Assembly (NCBI GenBank): GCA_026417735.1
Contig: JAOACR010000009.1
Coordinates: forward strand, 423,255-487,254
From: Kiritimatiellia bacterium
Lineage (GTDB): Bacteria > Verrucomicrobiota > Kiritimatiellia > PWTM01
Direction: 5' to 3'
Length of the DNA stretch: 64,000 bases
Of the stretch, positions 48,512-57,986 are shown in pieces (the first letter of the stretch is position 1; each line of letters begins with the position of its first letter). The notes under the pieces were generated by a model. It ran no database searches. It was given only the letters and a program-made list of their open reading frames with translations, and was not told the DNA's origin. Both the position numbers and the translations under genes were made by a program.

Positions 48512-49809
48512 AGTTCCACATCTGGACCATCGGCTGCCAGATGAATGAGGCCGATGCGCGCCAGCTGGACGAGCGGCTACGCGCGGCCGGGCATCAACCG
48601 TGTGACGACCCTCGCGACGCGGACCTGGTGATCCTGAACTCCTGCGTGGTGCGACAGTCGGCCGAAGATCGGGTGCGCGCACGACTGCGCGAGGCGCTGG
48701 CCTGGAAACGGCGTCGCGCGGGGCGCCAGGTCGCGCTGATGGGCTGTCTGGTCGGCCACCGCGAGCGCGATGCCCGACGGCTCGCCGGCGAGCTGCCCGG
48801 CGTCGATTTTCTGCTGCCACCCTCCGATCCGTCCGCGCTGCTGGCGGCAGTGGGAGTGGCCGCCGAGGGATGCGCGGAGGGTGCCGCGCCGGCGGCCGGG
48901 CCAGTGCGGGCCAACGTGCCGGTCGTGCTCGGCTGCTCGCGCGCATGTACCTACTGCGTGATTCCGTACCGCCGCGGCCGCGAGCGCAGCCGGCCGCGCA
49001 ACGAGGTGCTGGCCGAGGTGGTTCGGCTCGTCGAGCGCGGGGTGCGGGAGGTGGTGCTGCTGGGCCAGATTGTGGACCGGTACGGTGTTGACCGCCCCGG
49101 TGAAGGGGACCTGGCCGACCTTCTGCGCGACGTTGCGCGGACGGACGTGCTCCGTGTGCGATTCCTCACCAATCATCCGTCGTTTCTCACCGATCGCCTC
49201 TTGGAGGCGGTCGCCGAAACCGCAAAGGTTTGCCCGCACTTTGAGATCCCTGCGCAGTCGGGTGATGATGAGATTCTCGCTCGGATGCGGCGCGGCTACA
49301 CCGCCGACGAGTACCGACGCACGGTGGAGCGTATCCGCCGGCGATTGCCCGGCGCAGCGGTGCACTCGGACTTCATCGTCGGCTTCCCCGGCGAGAGCGA
49401 CGCGCAGTTTGAAGCCACCGTGCGCCTGGTGGAGGAGATGCGATTCGACAAGATCCACGTCGCACGCTATTCGCCCCGCCCCGACACCCTCGCCGCGCGC
49501 CGCTGGCCAGACGACGTACCGGAGCCAGTGAAAGAGGAACGGCGGCGTCGGCTCGACGAGCTGCAGACCCGCATTCAGCGCGAGCAGAACGCCGCTGCGC
49601 TGGGCCAAGTGGTCGAGGTGCTGGTGGACGGACGCGACGAACGACGCGGCCGCTGGCGGGGCCGGACCCCGCAAGACCGGATCGTGTTCTTTGAGGACCC
49701 CCGTCATCGGCTGGGTGACCTGGCCTTGGTGAGAATCACCTGGACCGGACCGCATTCGCTGATCGGTCAACCGGAAGATCCCCTCCAACCGCGGGAGGAG
49801 CAACAGTGA
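48508..49809 (+). CDS. miaB: Radical-SAM methylthiotransferase of the MiaB family.
   Basis: An MTTase N-domain (FHIWTIGCQMNEAD...LNSCVVR), the radical-SAM cluster GCSRACTYCVIPYRRG, and a TRAM-like C-terminus. Its start overlaps the NusG-like stop (ATGA). Confidence 0.85.
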   Translation: MKFHIWTIGCQMNEADARQLDERLRAAGHQPCDDPRDADLVILNSCVVRQSAEDRVRARLREALAWKRRRAGRQVALMGCLVGHRERDARRLAGELPGVDFLLPPSDPSALLAAVGVAAEGCAEGAAPAAGPVRANVPVVLGCSRACTYCVIPYRRGRERSRPRNEVLAEVVRLVERGVREVVLLGQIVDRYGVDRPGEGDLADLLRDVARTDVLRVRFLTNHPSFLTDRLLEAVAETAKVCPHFEIPAQSGDDEILARMRRGYTADEYRRTVERIRRRLPGAAVHSDFIVGFPGESDAQFEATVRLVEEMRFDKIHVARYSPRPDTLAARRWPDDVPEPVKEERRRRLDELQTRIQREQNAAALGQVVEVLVDGRDERRGRWRGRTPQDRIVFFEDPRHRLGDLALVRITWTGPHSLIGQPEDPLQPREEQQ

Positions 49810-50102
49810 AGGATTCTTCCAGCCCAACGGGTGCGCTGCGGCTGCGGGTTCAGGGCCGCGTCCAAGGTGTTGGCTTCCGCTATTCCACGATTGAGGTGGC
49901 GCGTCGGTTCCGCGTCACCGGCTATGTGATGAACCTTCCCGATGGCTCGGTTGAGATTGTCGCGGAAGGTGAGCCGGCGGAGCTCACCGCGTTTCTGGAT
50001 GCGGTGCGCCGCATGCCCGTCTACCGGAACGTGACCGGCGAAGAATTGGGTCGCGCACCGCCGACCGGTCGCTACGCAGATTTCCGCATCCGTTTCAGTT
50101 GA
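49806..50102 (+). CDS. acyP: Acylphosphatase.
   Basis: The signature VQGRVQGVGFRYST plus GYVMNLPDGSVEIVAEG. Its GTG start overlaps the miaB stop (GTGA). Confidence 0.8.
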   Translation: MKDSSSPTGALRLRVQGRVQGVGFRYSTIEVARRFRVTGYVMNLPDGSVEIVAEGEPAELTAFLDAVRRMPVYRNVTGEELGRAPPTGRYADFRIRFS

Positions 50103-50187
50103 GTCCGAGCTCCGCTGGAGCCCACACCGTTGCTGCGGGCGGAGTGCCGGCGTATAGTTCCGGGCGGCGGCGCGGAGGTGCACCTGC

Positions 50188-50829
50188 ATGAATGCAACGA
50201 ACGTGGACATCGGGGGGTGGCTAAGGACGACATGGGAACTCTACAAGAAGCATTTCGGTCTGCTGGTCGCCATACACCTGATTTTGGCCGTGCTGGGCGG
50301 CTTGACGCTGGGTATTCTTTGGGGGCCACTGTGGCTGGGCGCGAGCATGATCGTGTTAGCGCTCGTGGATGGCAAAACCCCGCCACCGGTGGGCGACGTG
50401 TTCAACGGCTTCTCAAAATTTCTCCCCTCGTTTCTGCTCGTGCTCACCGTGGGCCTGTCCAGCGTGCTCGTTTCACTGTTGTTGCAGCTCACCTGCATCC
50501 TGGCTCCGCTTGCCCCGCTGGCGGTGCTCGGCATCGTGACCGCGACCATGTTTGCAGTTTTTTTGATCGGCGAACGTAACCTGGATTTCTGGCCGGCAGT
50601 CCAGCGGAGCTTTGAGCTCGTGAAGCCGGTGTTCTGGCCATTGCTGGCGTGGATCCTGTTGCTCTCGGCGGTGTCAGGGGTGGGCGCTATCTTGTGCGGC
50701 GTTGGCGTCGTGCTGACGATGCCACTCCAGACCTGCGGTCTGGCGGTGGCCTACCGGCGGGTGGTCGGCGGGCCTCCGGCCTCGGAGCCCACCGTTGCGC
50801 CGCCTCCGCCGGCGCCGGCCGCCGGCTGA
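50188..50829 (+). CDS. Hypothetical polytopic membrane protein with a Pro/Ala-rich C-terminal tail.
   Basis: Five to six TM helices and no recognised motif. It lies 10 nt upstream of the GT4 gene. Confidence 0.45.
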   Translation: MNATNVDIGGWLRTTWELYKKHFGLLVAIHLILAVLGGLTLGILWGPLWLGASMIVLALVDGKTPPPVGDVFNGFSKFLPSFLLVLTVGLSSVLVSLLLQLTCILAPLAPLAVLGIVTATMFAVFLIGERNLDFWPAVQRSFELVKPVFWPLLAWILLLSAVSGVGAILCGVGVVLTMPLQTCGLAVAYRRVVGGPPASEPTVAPPPPAPAAG

Positions 50830-50838
50830 TGCGCAGCG

Positions 50839-52047
50839 ATGAGGCTTCTGTTTCTCGCTCCGCAGCCCTTCCTGCGAGAACGGGGCACGCCGCTGCGAGC
50901 GCGTAACATCCTCGCCGCGCTCACCGGTGCGGGGCACCAGGTGGAAATGCTCTGCTACCCGTTCGGCGAGGATGTCACCATGAGCGGGCTGCAGCTGCGG
51001 CGCTCCGCGCGCGTACCGGGGATCAGCGATGTCGGCATCGGTCCCTCCGCGGCAAAGATTCTGCTCGACGTACCGTTCGCGCTGCGGGCACTGCGGATGT
51101 GCCTGCGCAGCAACGTCGATGCGATTCAGGCGGTCGAGGAGGCGGGGCTCTTTGCCTGGGTGCCAGCGCGGCTGCGGCACCGGCCGTTCGTTTATCAGAT
51201 GGATTCCTGGATCTCCGAGCAGCTGGTGTTCAGCGGGTTCGCCACGCGCGGTCCTGCGCTGGCGCTGGCACGCTGGCTGGAACGGGCCGCGATGCGCAGC
51301 GCGGCGCTCGTGATCACCGTCGGTCCCGATCACGCCGCGGAGGTCCGCCGCATCGCCCCCCACGCGCAGGTTCTGGTGCTGCCGGATGCGCCCGCGGCAG
51401 ATCACTTTGTGCCGGACGAGGCCGGCGCGGCCCGCTGGCGCAAGCGGCTGGGACTTGGCGAGGCACGCTGCGTCGTCTACACGGGCAATTTCGAGCCCTA
51501 TCAGGGCGTGGACCTGCTGGTGCGTGCGGCCGGCCGCATGACCTCCGCGCAGAACGGCGTTCGCGTAGTGCTGGTCGGAGGCCGACCCGACCAGATCCGC
51601 GAAATGGAAGCTCTGGCGAAAGCGTCGGGCGCCGGAGATGTCTGCGTGTTCGCAGGCACTCAGCCGCCTGCAGAAATGACCGCGTTCCTTTCGCTCGCCG
51701 ACGTGCTGGTCAGCCCCCGCTGCCGGGGCCGCAATCCTCCAATGAAAATCTACACGTACCTGCAAGCGGGCCGGCCAATCGTCGCCACGCGAGTGCCGAC
51801 CCACACGCAGGTGCTCGACGACGAAATCTCGCTGCTCGCCGATCCTGATCCCGCGGCGCTCGCCACCGCGCTCGACGCGGCCCTGGCCGACGCCGACCGG
51901 TCTGCCCGCATTGTGGCGGCGGCACGCGAGCGGTTCGAGCGCGAATTCAGCCCCGCGAGGTTTCGTGAACGGCTACTTAGAGCGATTGAGCAGCTTGGGC
52001 ACTGGCGCGCGTCTCCCCCCAGCTCAATGGCGTCGGTCACCTGCTGA
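50839..52047 (+). CDS. Family 4 (GT-B) glycosyltransferase.
   Basis: A glycos_transf_1 C-terminal domain (CVVYTGNFEPYQGVDLLV...VVLVGGRPD...ADVLVSPR...KIYTYLQAGRPIVATRV). Confidence 0.75.
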   Translation: MRLLFLAPQPFLRERGTPLRARNILAALTGAGHQVEMLCYPFGEDVTMSGLQLRRSARVPGISDVGIGPSAAKILLDVPFALRALRMCLRSNVDAIQAVEEAGLFAWVPARLRHRPFVYQMDSWISEQLVFSGFATRGPALALARWLERAAMRSAALVITVGPDHAAEVRRIAPHAQVLVLPDAPAADHFVPDEAGAARWRKRLGLGEARCVVYTGNFEPYQGVDLLVRAAGRMTSAQNGVRVVLVGGRPDQIREMEALAKASGAGDVCVFAGTQPPAEMTAFLSLADVLVSPRCRGRNPPMKIYTYLQAGRPIVATRVPTHTQVLDDEISLLADPDPAALATALDAALADADRSARIVAAARERFEREFSPARFRERLLRAIEQLGHWRASPPSSMASVTC

Positions 52048-52070
52048 GGCGGTCTTTTTGCACCGTGAAC

Positions 52071-52147
52071 TGGCGGGGACGACGGGACTTGAACCCGCAA
52101 CACCCAGATCGACAATCTGGTACTCTAACCAGTTGAGCTACGTCCCC
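52071..52147 (-). tRNA. tRNA-Asp (anticodon GTC), with CCA encoded.
   Basis: The minus strand reads GGGGACG-TA-GCTC-AACTGGTTA-GAGT-A-CCAGA-TTGTCGA-TCTGG-GTGTT-GCGGG-TTCAAGT-CCCGT-CGTCCCC-G-CCA. It forms a canonical cloverleaf with a 7-bp acceptor stem, anticodon loop TTGTCGA, and a GTTC-type T-loop. Confidence 0.85.
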
Positions 52148-52694
52148 GCGCGCTGCGGCTTCGCCAATCGCGCGAAGGGATCTCTATCATATCCCGGGGA
52201 CTGAATTTTTCAACGCGAATTTTGAAGACGCGGCCGGGCTAAGCCACAGCTTGGGGACGGTGCGGCCACCGGAGCAACCGCACTATCTACCGCGCCAACC
52301 TCGGCGCGCAGGTGCGCAGAGAAGCGTATCGCGCGGGCGACCGCCGAAGGGCCATTGGCGCGCAGCATGCGAGCCGGTCCTCCAAATGCACGCCCGATTT
52401 GCGGAATCCCTCGCTCACCCCCGCGGACATAACGGTGCCGCAGCCCAGAAGGCCGTCGATTCCCCGCACAGCTGTTCCCCCATGTGCCGGGCCCAACAAG
52501 ACCAGTTGCCTCCGCTTCGGCAGTGGTCCACGGCGACGCTTAACATCTGCAGCGCCGGTTTGCGGATCCGACGCCCGCCTGCAGAGAGTCCTGCAAAACG
52601 AGGACCGCGCGAGCCGTTGGCCCGCGCGGCCATCAACGCGCCGGTAGTCTACTCGGTTCCGCCGGCCGGCGCGCCGGCGCCCCGGAATCCTTTG

Positions 52695-53834
52695 TTATTC
52701 GGCCGGCTCAGCCGCCACACGACGCCGCCGCACGACGGCGACCGCCGTACTCGCCAGTGCCAACAACCCCACCGTTCCCGGCTCCGGCACAACAAATGCC
52801 ACGCCCCGGAATGCATTGAACGACGGGGCGGTGGCCAGCACTGTGAACGAGCCGCTCATCGGCTGGTTGTAGCCGGAGTTGTCGAACAAATATTCCACCG
52901 TGTTGCCGGCCGCGCTCCCGTTCACAATCGCGAGAATCACTCCGCCCGCCCGCGGGATCCCGTCAATGTGGAACACCGTGCCGGGATCAATGGTATTGTT
53001 CAGCGTCCACGTGCCGCCCACCAGGGAGTACTTTGAAACGCCCGTGGCGTCGCGGGCCATCCACAACGTGTCATAGCCCGGCACGCTGGTGTCCAGATCG
53101 GCCATGTAGAATCCGTAGGTGTCCAGGTCCACATCGCCGATTCCCGGCAGCGCGACGGGCGGCGCTGGCGGTGCGGTCGGCAGGCCCGTCCCGACCGCAT
53201 ACACGCCCATGTTGCCCGCCGCGTCCCCCCACTCATACAGCTGACCCGAAAAGATGCGGACCCCGCGCGAGTTGATGTTGGTCAGCAGCGTCCCCGTCGT
53301 CGTCTGGCCCAACGTCAGGTATCGGATGCCGCGGGCCGTCGGTCCCGTCCCGGTTCCACCGTTCAGCGCTGCCCAGATCTGTGTTCCCGTGTCGTCAAAC
53401 GCAGCCGCCCGTGCGTTGTCGTTCCCCCCGAGCGGCCCCGTGGTGGAGAGGTCCACACTGCCGTCCGTAGTCTTGATCCGCGCAACGGTCCGGTTGATTG
53501 TCGTAATCACCGACGGCGCGTTTTCCGCCGCATCGTAGCCGACAATGCCCACATACTGACCGTTGGGGGAGACCGTGATTTTACCTTCCGAGGTCGCCGT
53601 GCCGCTGCCCGTCAGACGCGTGCCGCTGCCGCCCGATGGCATCGTAAACGTCTGAATCAGATTGCCCGCCAGGTCATACTCATCAATCCGCACGATTGCC
53701 GCGTCGCTGCCCAGCGGCGCGCCGTTCCCATCCACCCTGTACACCAACAGGTTTCCCGGCGTGATCGGCGCCGCAGTCGCCACGATTGCTCCCGCCATCA
53801 GCCCAGCCCACAGCACCCGGATCGTCGTCTTCAT
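52695..53834 (-). CDS. Secreted beta-rich protein with a C-terminal PEP-CTERM sorting signal.
   Basis: A signal peptide (MKTTIRVLWAGLMAGAIVATAAP), Gly/Thr-rich beta-strand repeats, and the C-terminus VPEPGTVGLLALASTAVAVVRRRRV. Confidence 0.65.
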   Translation of the reverse strand: MKTTIRVLWAGLMAGAIVATAAPITPGNLLVYRVDGNGAPLGSDAAIVRIDEYDLAGNLIQTFTMPSGGSGTRLTGSGTATSEGKITVSPNGQYVGIVGYDAAENAPSVITTINRTVARIKTTDGSVDLSTTGPLGGNDNARAAAFDDTGTQIWAALNGGTGTGPTARGIRYLTLGQTTTGTLLTNINSRGVRIFSGQLYEWGDAAGNMGVYAVGTGLPTAPPAPPVALPGIGDVDLDTYGFYMADLDTSVPGYDTLWMARDATGVSKYSLVGGTWTLNNTIDPGTVFHIDGIPRAGGVILAIVNGSAAGNTVEYLFDNSGYNQPMSGSFTVLATAPSFNAFRGVAFVVPEPGTVGLLALASTAVAVVRRRRVAAEPAE

Positions 53835-54001
53835 CGTTGTCTGCCCCCAAAACATGCTTACACCCGACCGCCGCCGATAGTCAACCTGTACAACGCAGCA
53901 CCGCAAGTGTTCGAATTGTTAGAAAATGATAATTCTGAGGGCGCGGCTTGCAGTGGCCAGAGTGGCCAGTTTATACAGGCCCAGCACAGGGAGAACCAGC
54001 G

Positions 54002-55696
54002 ATGAAATCACTGAAGAGCCTGCGATGGATGGTCGGAAGCGTTTGGTGGACTTGTGCAAGCATTGCCGCGCTCGCGCCCGACGCTGCTCCTTTGGAACCC
54101 GATCCGTCAGCGGTGGAACGCTGGCGTGCGATGCGTTTTGGCATGTTCATCCATTGGGGCCCGGTGAGCCTGACGGGACAGGAGATCGGCTGGTCCCGCG
54201 GGGCTCAGGTCCCAGTGGAGGAATACGATCAGCTCTATCAACGCTTTAATCCCACGAACTTCAACGCCGACGCGTGGGTCGCCGCCGCCCGCGCCGCTGG
54301 CATGCGCTATGTCGTTTTCACCACCAAACACCATGATGGGTTTTGCATGTGGGCCACGCGTCAGACCGACTACAACATCATGCGAACCCCGTTCGGGCGG
54401 GATGTGGTCCGCGAACTGGCAGATGCCTGCCGGCGCGGTGGGCTTGCCTTTGGAACCTACTACTCGGTCTGCGATTGGTATCACCCGGCCTTTCCCCGCA
54501 CCAGCCCGGGCGGCAAGGTCCGCCGTGACGTCTCGGACATTGCCGCCTACCGCGAGTATCTGAGGGCGCAGGTTCGCGAGCTGATCGAAGGCTATGGTCC
54601 GCTGCTGACGATGTGGTTCGACATGCCGCAGGAGTTCGATCGGGCCGAGGGAGAGCGAAACGTCCGTTTTTGTCGCGCGCTGCAGCCGGACATCCTCGTA
54701 AATAATCGCGCCGGCGGCGGCGCGGGCGACTACGACACGCCGGAGCAGCGCATCGGCGCCTTTCAAACGCACCGCCCATGGGAAACCTGCATGACGGTCG
54801 GGCGGCAGTGGGCGTGGAAACCGAACGACCAGCTCAAAACCGCTGCCGAGTGTGTGCGAATTCTTCTGAGGACGATCGGCGGGGACGGCAACCTACTGAT
54901 GAACGTTGGACCGATGCCGACCGGAGAGATCGAACCGAGGCAGGTGGAACTATTGCGCGAAGTGGGGCGATGGATCGAACCGCGCGCAGAGGCGATCTAC
55001 CACACCCGCGGAGGCCCGTGGAAACCTGCCCGGCATGTGGTTTCCACCCGACGGGACCGCACCGTCTATCTGCACGTGCTGGACTGGCCCGAAGACACGC
55101 TGCGGCTGCCGCCATTGCCCGCGCGCGTACTCTCCAGCCGCACAGTCGGCGCCGGAGGGGTGAAGGTTCTGGCCACCGCCGAGGGGGTGCAGCTGAGCGC
55201 GGAGCCACCGCAGCGAGACCCGATTGCGACGACGGTGGCGCTGGAATTGGACCGTCCCGCGATGGAGATCGAGCCGATCGTGGTGCCGAACGTCGGCGGC
55301 TCGCTCGCCGAAGGCCGCCCCGCCCGCGCCTCGAATGTCTATCGCGACAGTCCCGACTATCACGCCAGCAAGGCGGTGGATGGCGATGATCACACCCGCT
55401 GGGCCACAGACGCATCGGTCGGGGAATGCTGGCTCGAGGTGGATCTGGGGAGCCCACAGGTCTTCGATCGTGCCGTCATCCGCGAATGCGTGGACTACGG
55501 GGCGCGGATCGAAGCGTTTGAAATCCAGGTTCGTGAAAATGAGAACTGGCGCGTGGTGCATCGCGGCGGCGCTGTGGGCCCGCGACTCGAAGTGGCCTTC
55601 CCCGCGGTCACCGGACAGGTCGTGCGGCTGCGGATCACCCGCGGGCGGAACGGTCCGACAATCCGCGAGTTTGAACTCCATGCGCCGGGCCGCTGA
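54002..55696 (+). CDS. Alpha-L-fucosidase (GH29) with a C-terminal F5/8 type C (discoidin/CBM32-like) domain.
   Basis: A signal peptide and a GH29 catalytic region (MRFGMFIHWGPVS, YVVFTTKHHDGFCMW, YYSVCDWYHP). The C-terminal approximately 140 aa show a discoidin-like pattern (...SKAVDGDDHTRWATD...). Confidence 0.85.
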   Translation: MKSLKSLRWMVGSVWWTCASIAALAPDAAPLEPDPSAVERWRAMRFGMFIHWGPVSLTGQEIGWSRGAQVPVEEYDQLYQRFNPTNFNADAWVAAARAAGMRYVVFTTKHHDGFCMWATRQTDYNIMRTPFGRDVVRELADACRRGGLAFGTYYSVCDWYHPAFPRTSPGGKVRRDVSDIAAYREYLRAQVRELIEGYGPLLTMWFDMPQEFDRAEGERNVRFCRALQPDILVNNRAGGGAGDYDTPEQRIGAFQTHRPWETCMTVGRQWAWKPNDQLKTAAECVRILLRTIGGDGNLLMNVGPMPTGEIEPRQVELLREVGRWIEPRAEAIYHTRGGPWKPARHVVSTRRDRTVYLHVLDWPEDTLRLPPLPARVLSSRTVGAGGVKVLATAEGVQLSAEPPQRDPIATTVALELDRPAMEIEPIVVPNVGGSLAEGRPARASNVYRDSPDYHASKAVDGDDHTRWATDASVGECWLEVDLGSPQVFDRAVIRECVDYGARIEAFEIQVRENENWRVVHRGGAVGPRLEVAFPAVTGQVVRLRITRGRNGPTIREFELHAPGR

Positions 55697-57929
55697 ACGG
55701 CGTACGGGTGCCTTTTTTTCTTTCCGCATCGCGACCAGCGCCGGCCGATGGCGACTGGCGCCGGTGCTCGCTGCCGCGGCCGCGCTCGCGCGTGCGCCCG
55801 CCCCGCCGCCCTTCGGCTCTCCGAAGCTGCCGGTAGTGACCGGCTGGATCGGCAACACCTACGCCGGCGCGGAACGATGGGTGCCTCAGGACATCGCCGA
55901 TCTTGCGCTGGCGCCCGGCGGACGTCTCTTCTCGAACGTGCCGTGGGAGGAAGGCGGGGGCAACTGCACGGAATTTCACAATGGAGAGGTGGTGGGGCAC
56001 GCCGGCCACACGCATGGTTGGGGCCACGAGGGCGGCCATGCGGTAGCGGCGAACTCCCGATACTTGTTCATCGCCGGCCGCATGGGCAACGAGGGCGGTC
56101 ATCTGTGCGAGCCGCAGACATGGCCGCCCAAGGGGTTCTCCTGGATCGGGGTGTCCCGGCGGCCGCTGTCGAACATCCGCGCCGCAGCCCCGTTTCCCGG
56201 CGCGAAGGGCGGTGCCGGCGGAACACTGAAGTCGGCTTTTCTTGTCGTCGATGAAGTTCAGTCGGTCCCCAAGGCGAATGCGGTGCGTTCGCAGAACATC
56301 GCCGGACTCGCCGCGACCGATCGGCATCTTTTCGTCAGCTGCCCATATGCAAAGGCGATCCGGGTATATGACGCGGAGACGATGGCCCGGCTCGCGGAGT
56401 GGCCCTTTGACCGGCCCGGGCCGCTCGCGCTGGCGCCGGACGGGACCCTCTGGGTTCTGCAGGAACGCGAGGGTGCTGCGCCGCCCGCCGTCCTGCCGCT
56501 GACCGCAGAGGGCCGGGCGGGGGAACCGAAGGTGTGCTTCGAGGCTGACGCCGATCCTGCCGATATTGCCTTTGCCCCGAACGGCCGTCTGCTGGTCGCC
56601 GACGATGGCCCCCGCCAGCAGATCCTGGTCTGGGATGTGTGCAGCCGCCCGCCCCGGCAGGTGGGCGCGATTGGCCGGCTGGGAGGTATCCACGCGGAGC
56701 CGGCGGGCCGGATTGAACCGCTCAAGTTCAACCGGCCCCGCGCAATCGCCTGCGATACGGCGGGCGTGCTCTACGTTGCGCATCAGGGCAGCACCGGCGG
56801 TGGCAGCACGGTGCTGGAAGCGTACGGACCCGACAGCTCGCCCTTATGGCGCTTGTTTGGGCTCTGTTTCGTAGACATGGCAGACGTCGACCCGCAGGAC
56901 GACCGGCAGCTGTACACCAAGGAGGAACGTTTCGAGCTGGACCACACCCGGACTGCCGGCCGGGACTGGACCTACTGCGCCTACACCGTAGACCGGTTTC
57001 GGTTTCCCGACGACCCGCGCCTGCACATCTGGTCGGCCGGCGCATGGGTTCGCCGTCTCGCAGGACGCCGACTGCTTTTTGTGAACGACATGACCGCAGA
57101 CCATCTGCAGGTCTATCGCTTCGGTGAGGCCGAGACCGCGATTCCCTCGGGTTTGTTCGCGAAACGAGCGGTCCACGACGGCCGTTGGCCGCCTCACCAG
57201 CCACGAGACCGCGAATGGATCTGGCGCGACGCAAACGGGAACGGGCGGTTCGACCCGGACGAGTACGAGGCCGGCGAGCGCGCCGCGCCCCCCGCAGACG
57301 GCTGGTGGGTAGACATGCAGGGCGACGTGTGGCTGGCCACCCTGCGCAGTGGAATTCGGCGCTTTCGCTTACGTGGATTCGATGAATCAGGCAATCCATG
57401 CTGGAGTTACCGGATCGCAGAAACGTACCCCCACCCTGGCGCGTTCGACGAGGTCAAACGTCTGCGATACCTGCCGGAGCCTGACGTGATGTTTCTGGGC
57501 GGGACCGGAGGTGGGCACCGGAACCAGCACTGGAAGCCGATGGGGCCGATTCTCGCTCGATATGACCGATGGTCGGTCGGTGGTGCCACCTCCGCGCCCA
57601 CCTGGCAGATCGTGCTGCCCTACCAGGCCGGCAGTCGTGGGCACGAAAGCTGCGAGCCGATGAGTTTCGACGTCGCAGGTGAATATGTCTTTGTCGCCTA
57701 CACGGGCGCCTCGAGATCCGAACGCGTTGGCTGGGGGCGCGTGGAGGTCCTTCGAGCGGACGACGGCCGATCCGTCGGACACCTTGAGCCACCGGCAGAG
57801 ATCGGCCAGATCGGCTTGCAGGACATCCGTGAGTGTCTCCGGGCGCATCGCCGGCACAACGGCGAATACCTCGTACTGATCGAGGATGACCTGAAGGCGA
57901 AACTCGTGATGTACCGCTGGCGGCCTTGA
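55680..57929 (+). CDS. Hypothetical secreted protein of about 749 aa, predicted beta-propeller-like; function unknown.
   Basis: A signal-like N-terminus, abundant Trp/Gly, and repeated beta-strand segments. It overlaps the fucosidase 3' end by 17 nt in a different frame. No catalytic motif was recognised. Confidence 0.45.
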   Translation: MRRAAERRTGAFFSFRIATSAGRWRLAPVLAAAAALARAPAPPPFGSPKLPVVTGWIGNTYAGAERWVPQDIADLALAPGGRLFSNVPWEEGGGNCTEFHNGEVVGHAGHTHGWGHEGGHAVAANSRYLFIAGRMGNEGGHLCEPQTWPPKGFSWIGVSRRPLSNIRAAAPFPGAKGGAGGTLKSAFLVVDEVQSVPKANAVRSQNIAGLAATDRHLFVSCPYAKAIRVYDAETMARLAEWPFDRPGPLALAPDGTLWVLQEREGAAPPAVLPLTAEGRAGEPKVCFEADADPADIAFAPNGRLLVADDGPRQQILVWDVCSRPPRQVGAIGRLGGIHAEPAGRIEPLKFNRPRAIACDTAGVLYVAHQGSTGGGSTVLEAYGPDSSPLWRLFGLCFVDMADVDPQDDRQLYTKEERFELDHTRTAGRDWTYCAYTVDRFRFPDDPRLHIWSAGAWVRRLAGRRLLFVNDMTADHLQVYRFGEAETAIPSGLFAKRAVHDGRWPPHQPRDREWIWRDANGNGRFDPDEYEAGERAAPPADGWWVDMQGDVWLATLRSGIRRFRLRGFDESGNPCWSYRIAETYPHPGAFDEVKRLRYLPEPDVMFLGGTGGGHRNQHWKPMGPILARYDRWSVGGATSAPTWQIVLPYQAGSRGHESCEPMSFDVAGEYVFVAYTGASRSERVGWGRVEVLRADDGRSVGHLEPPAEIGQIGLQDIRECLRAHRRHNGEYLVLIEDDLKAKLVMYRWRP

Positions 57930-57986
57930 GCGGTGTCGGCGCTGGAACGTCTGCGCGCGAGGCAGACGGGCGCTGCCGCTCCTGGT

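Noticed and set aside
52150-52694. A possible second tRNA or sRNA in the 545-bp gap after tRNA-Asp.
   Set aside because: No acceptor/T-arm pattern was found. The region is probably the promoter/leader of the PEP-CTERM gene and cannot be resolved without tools.
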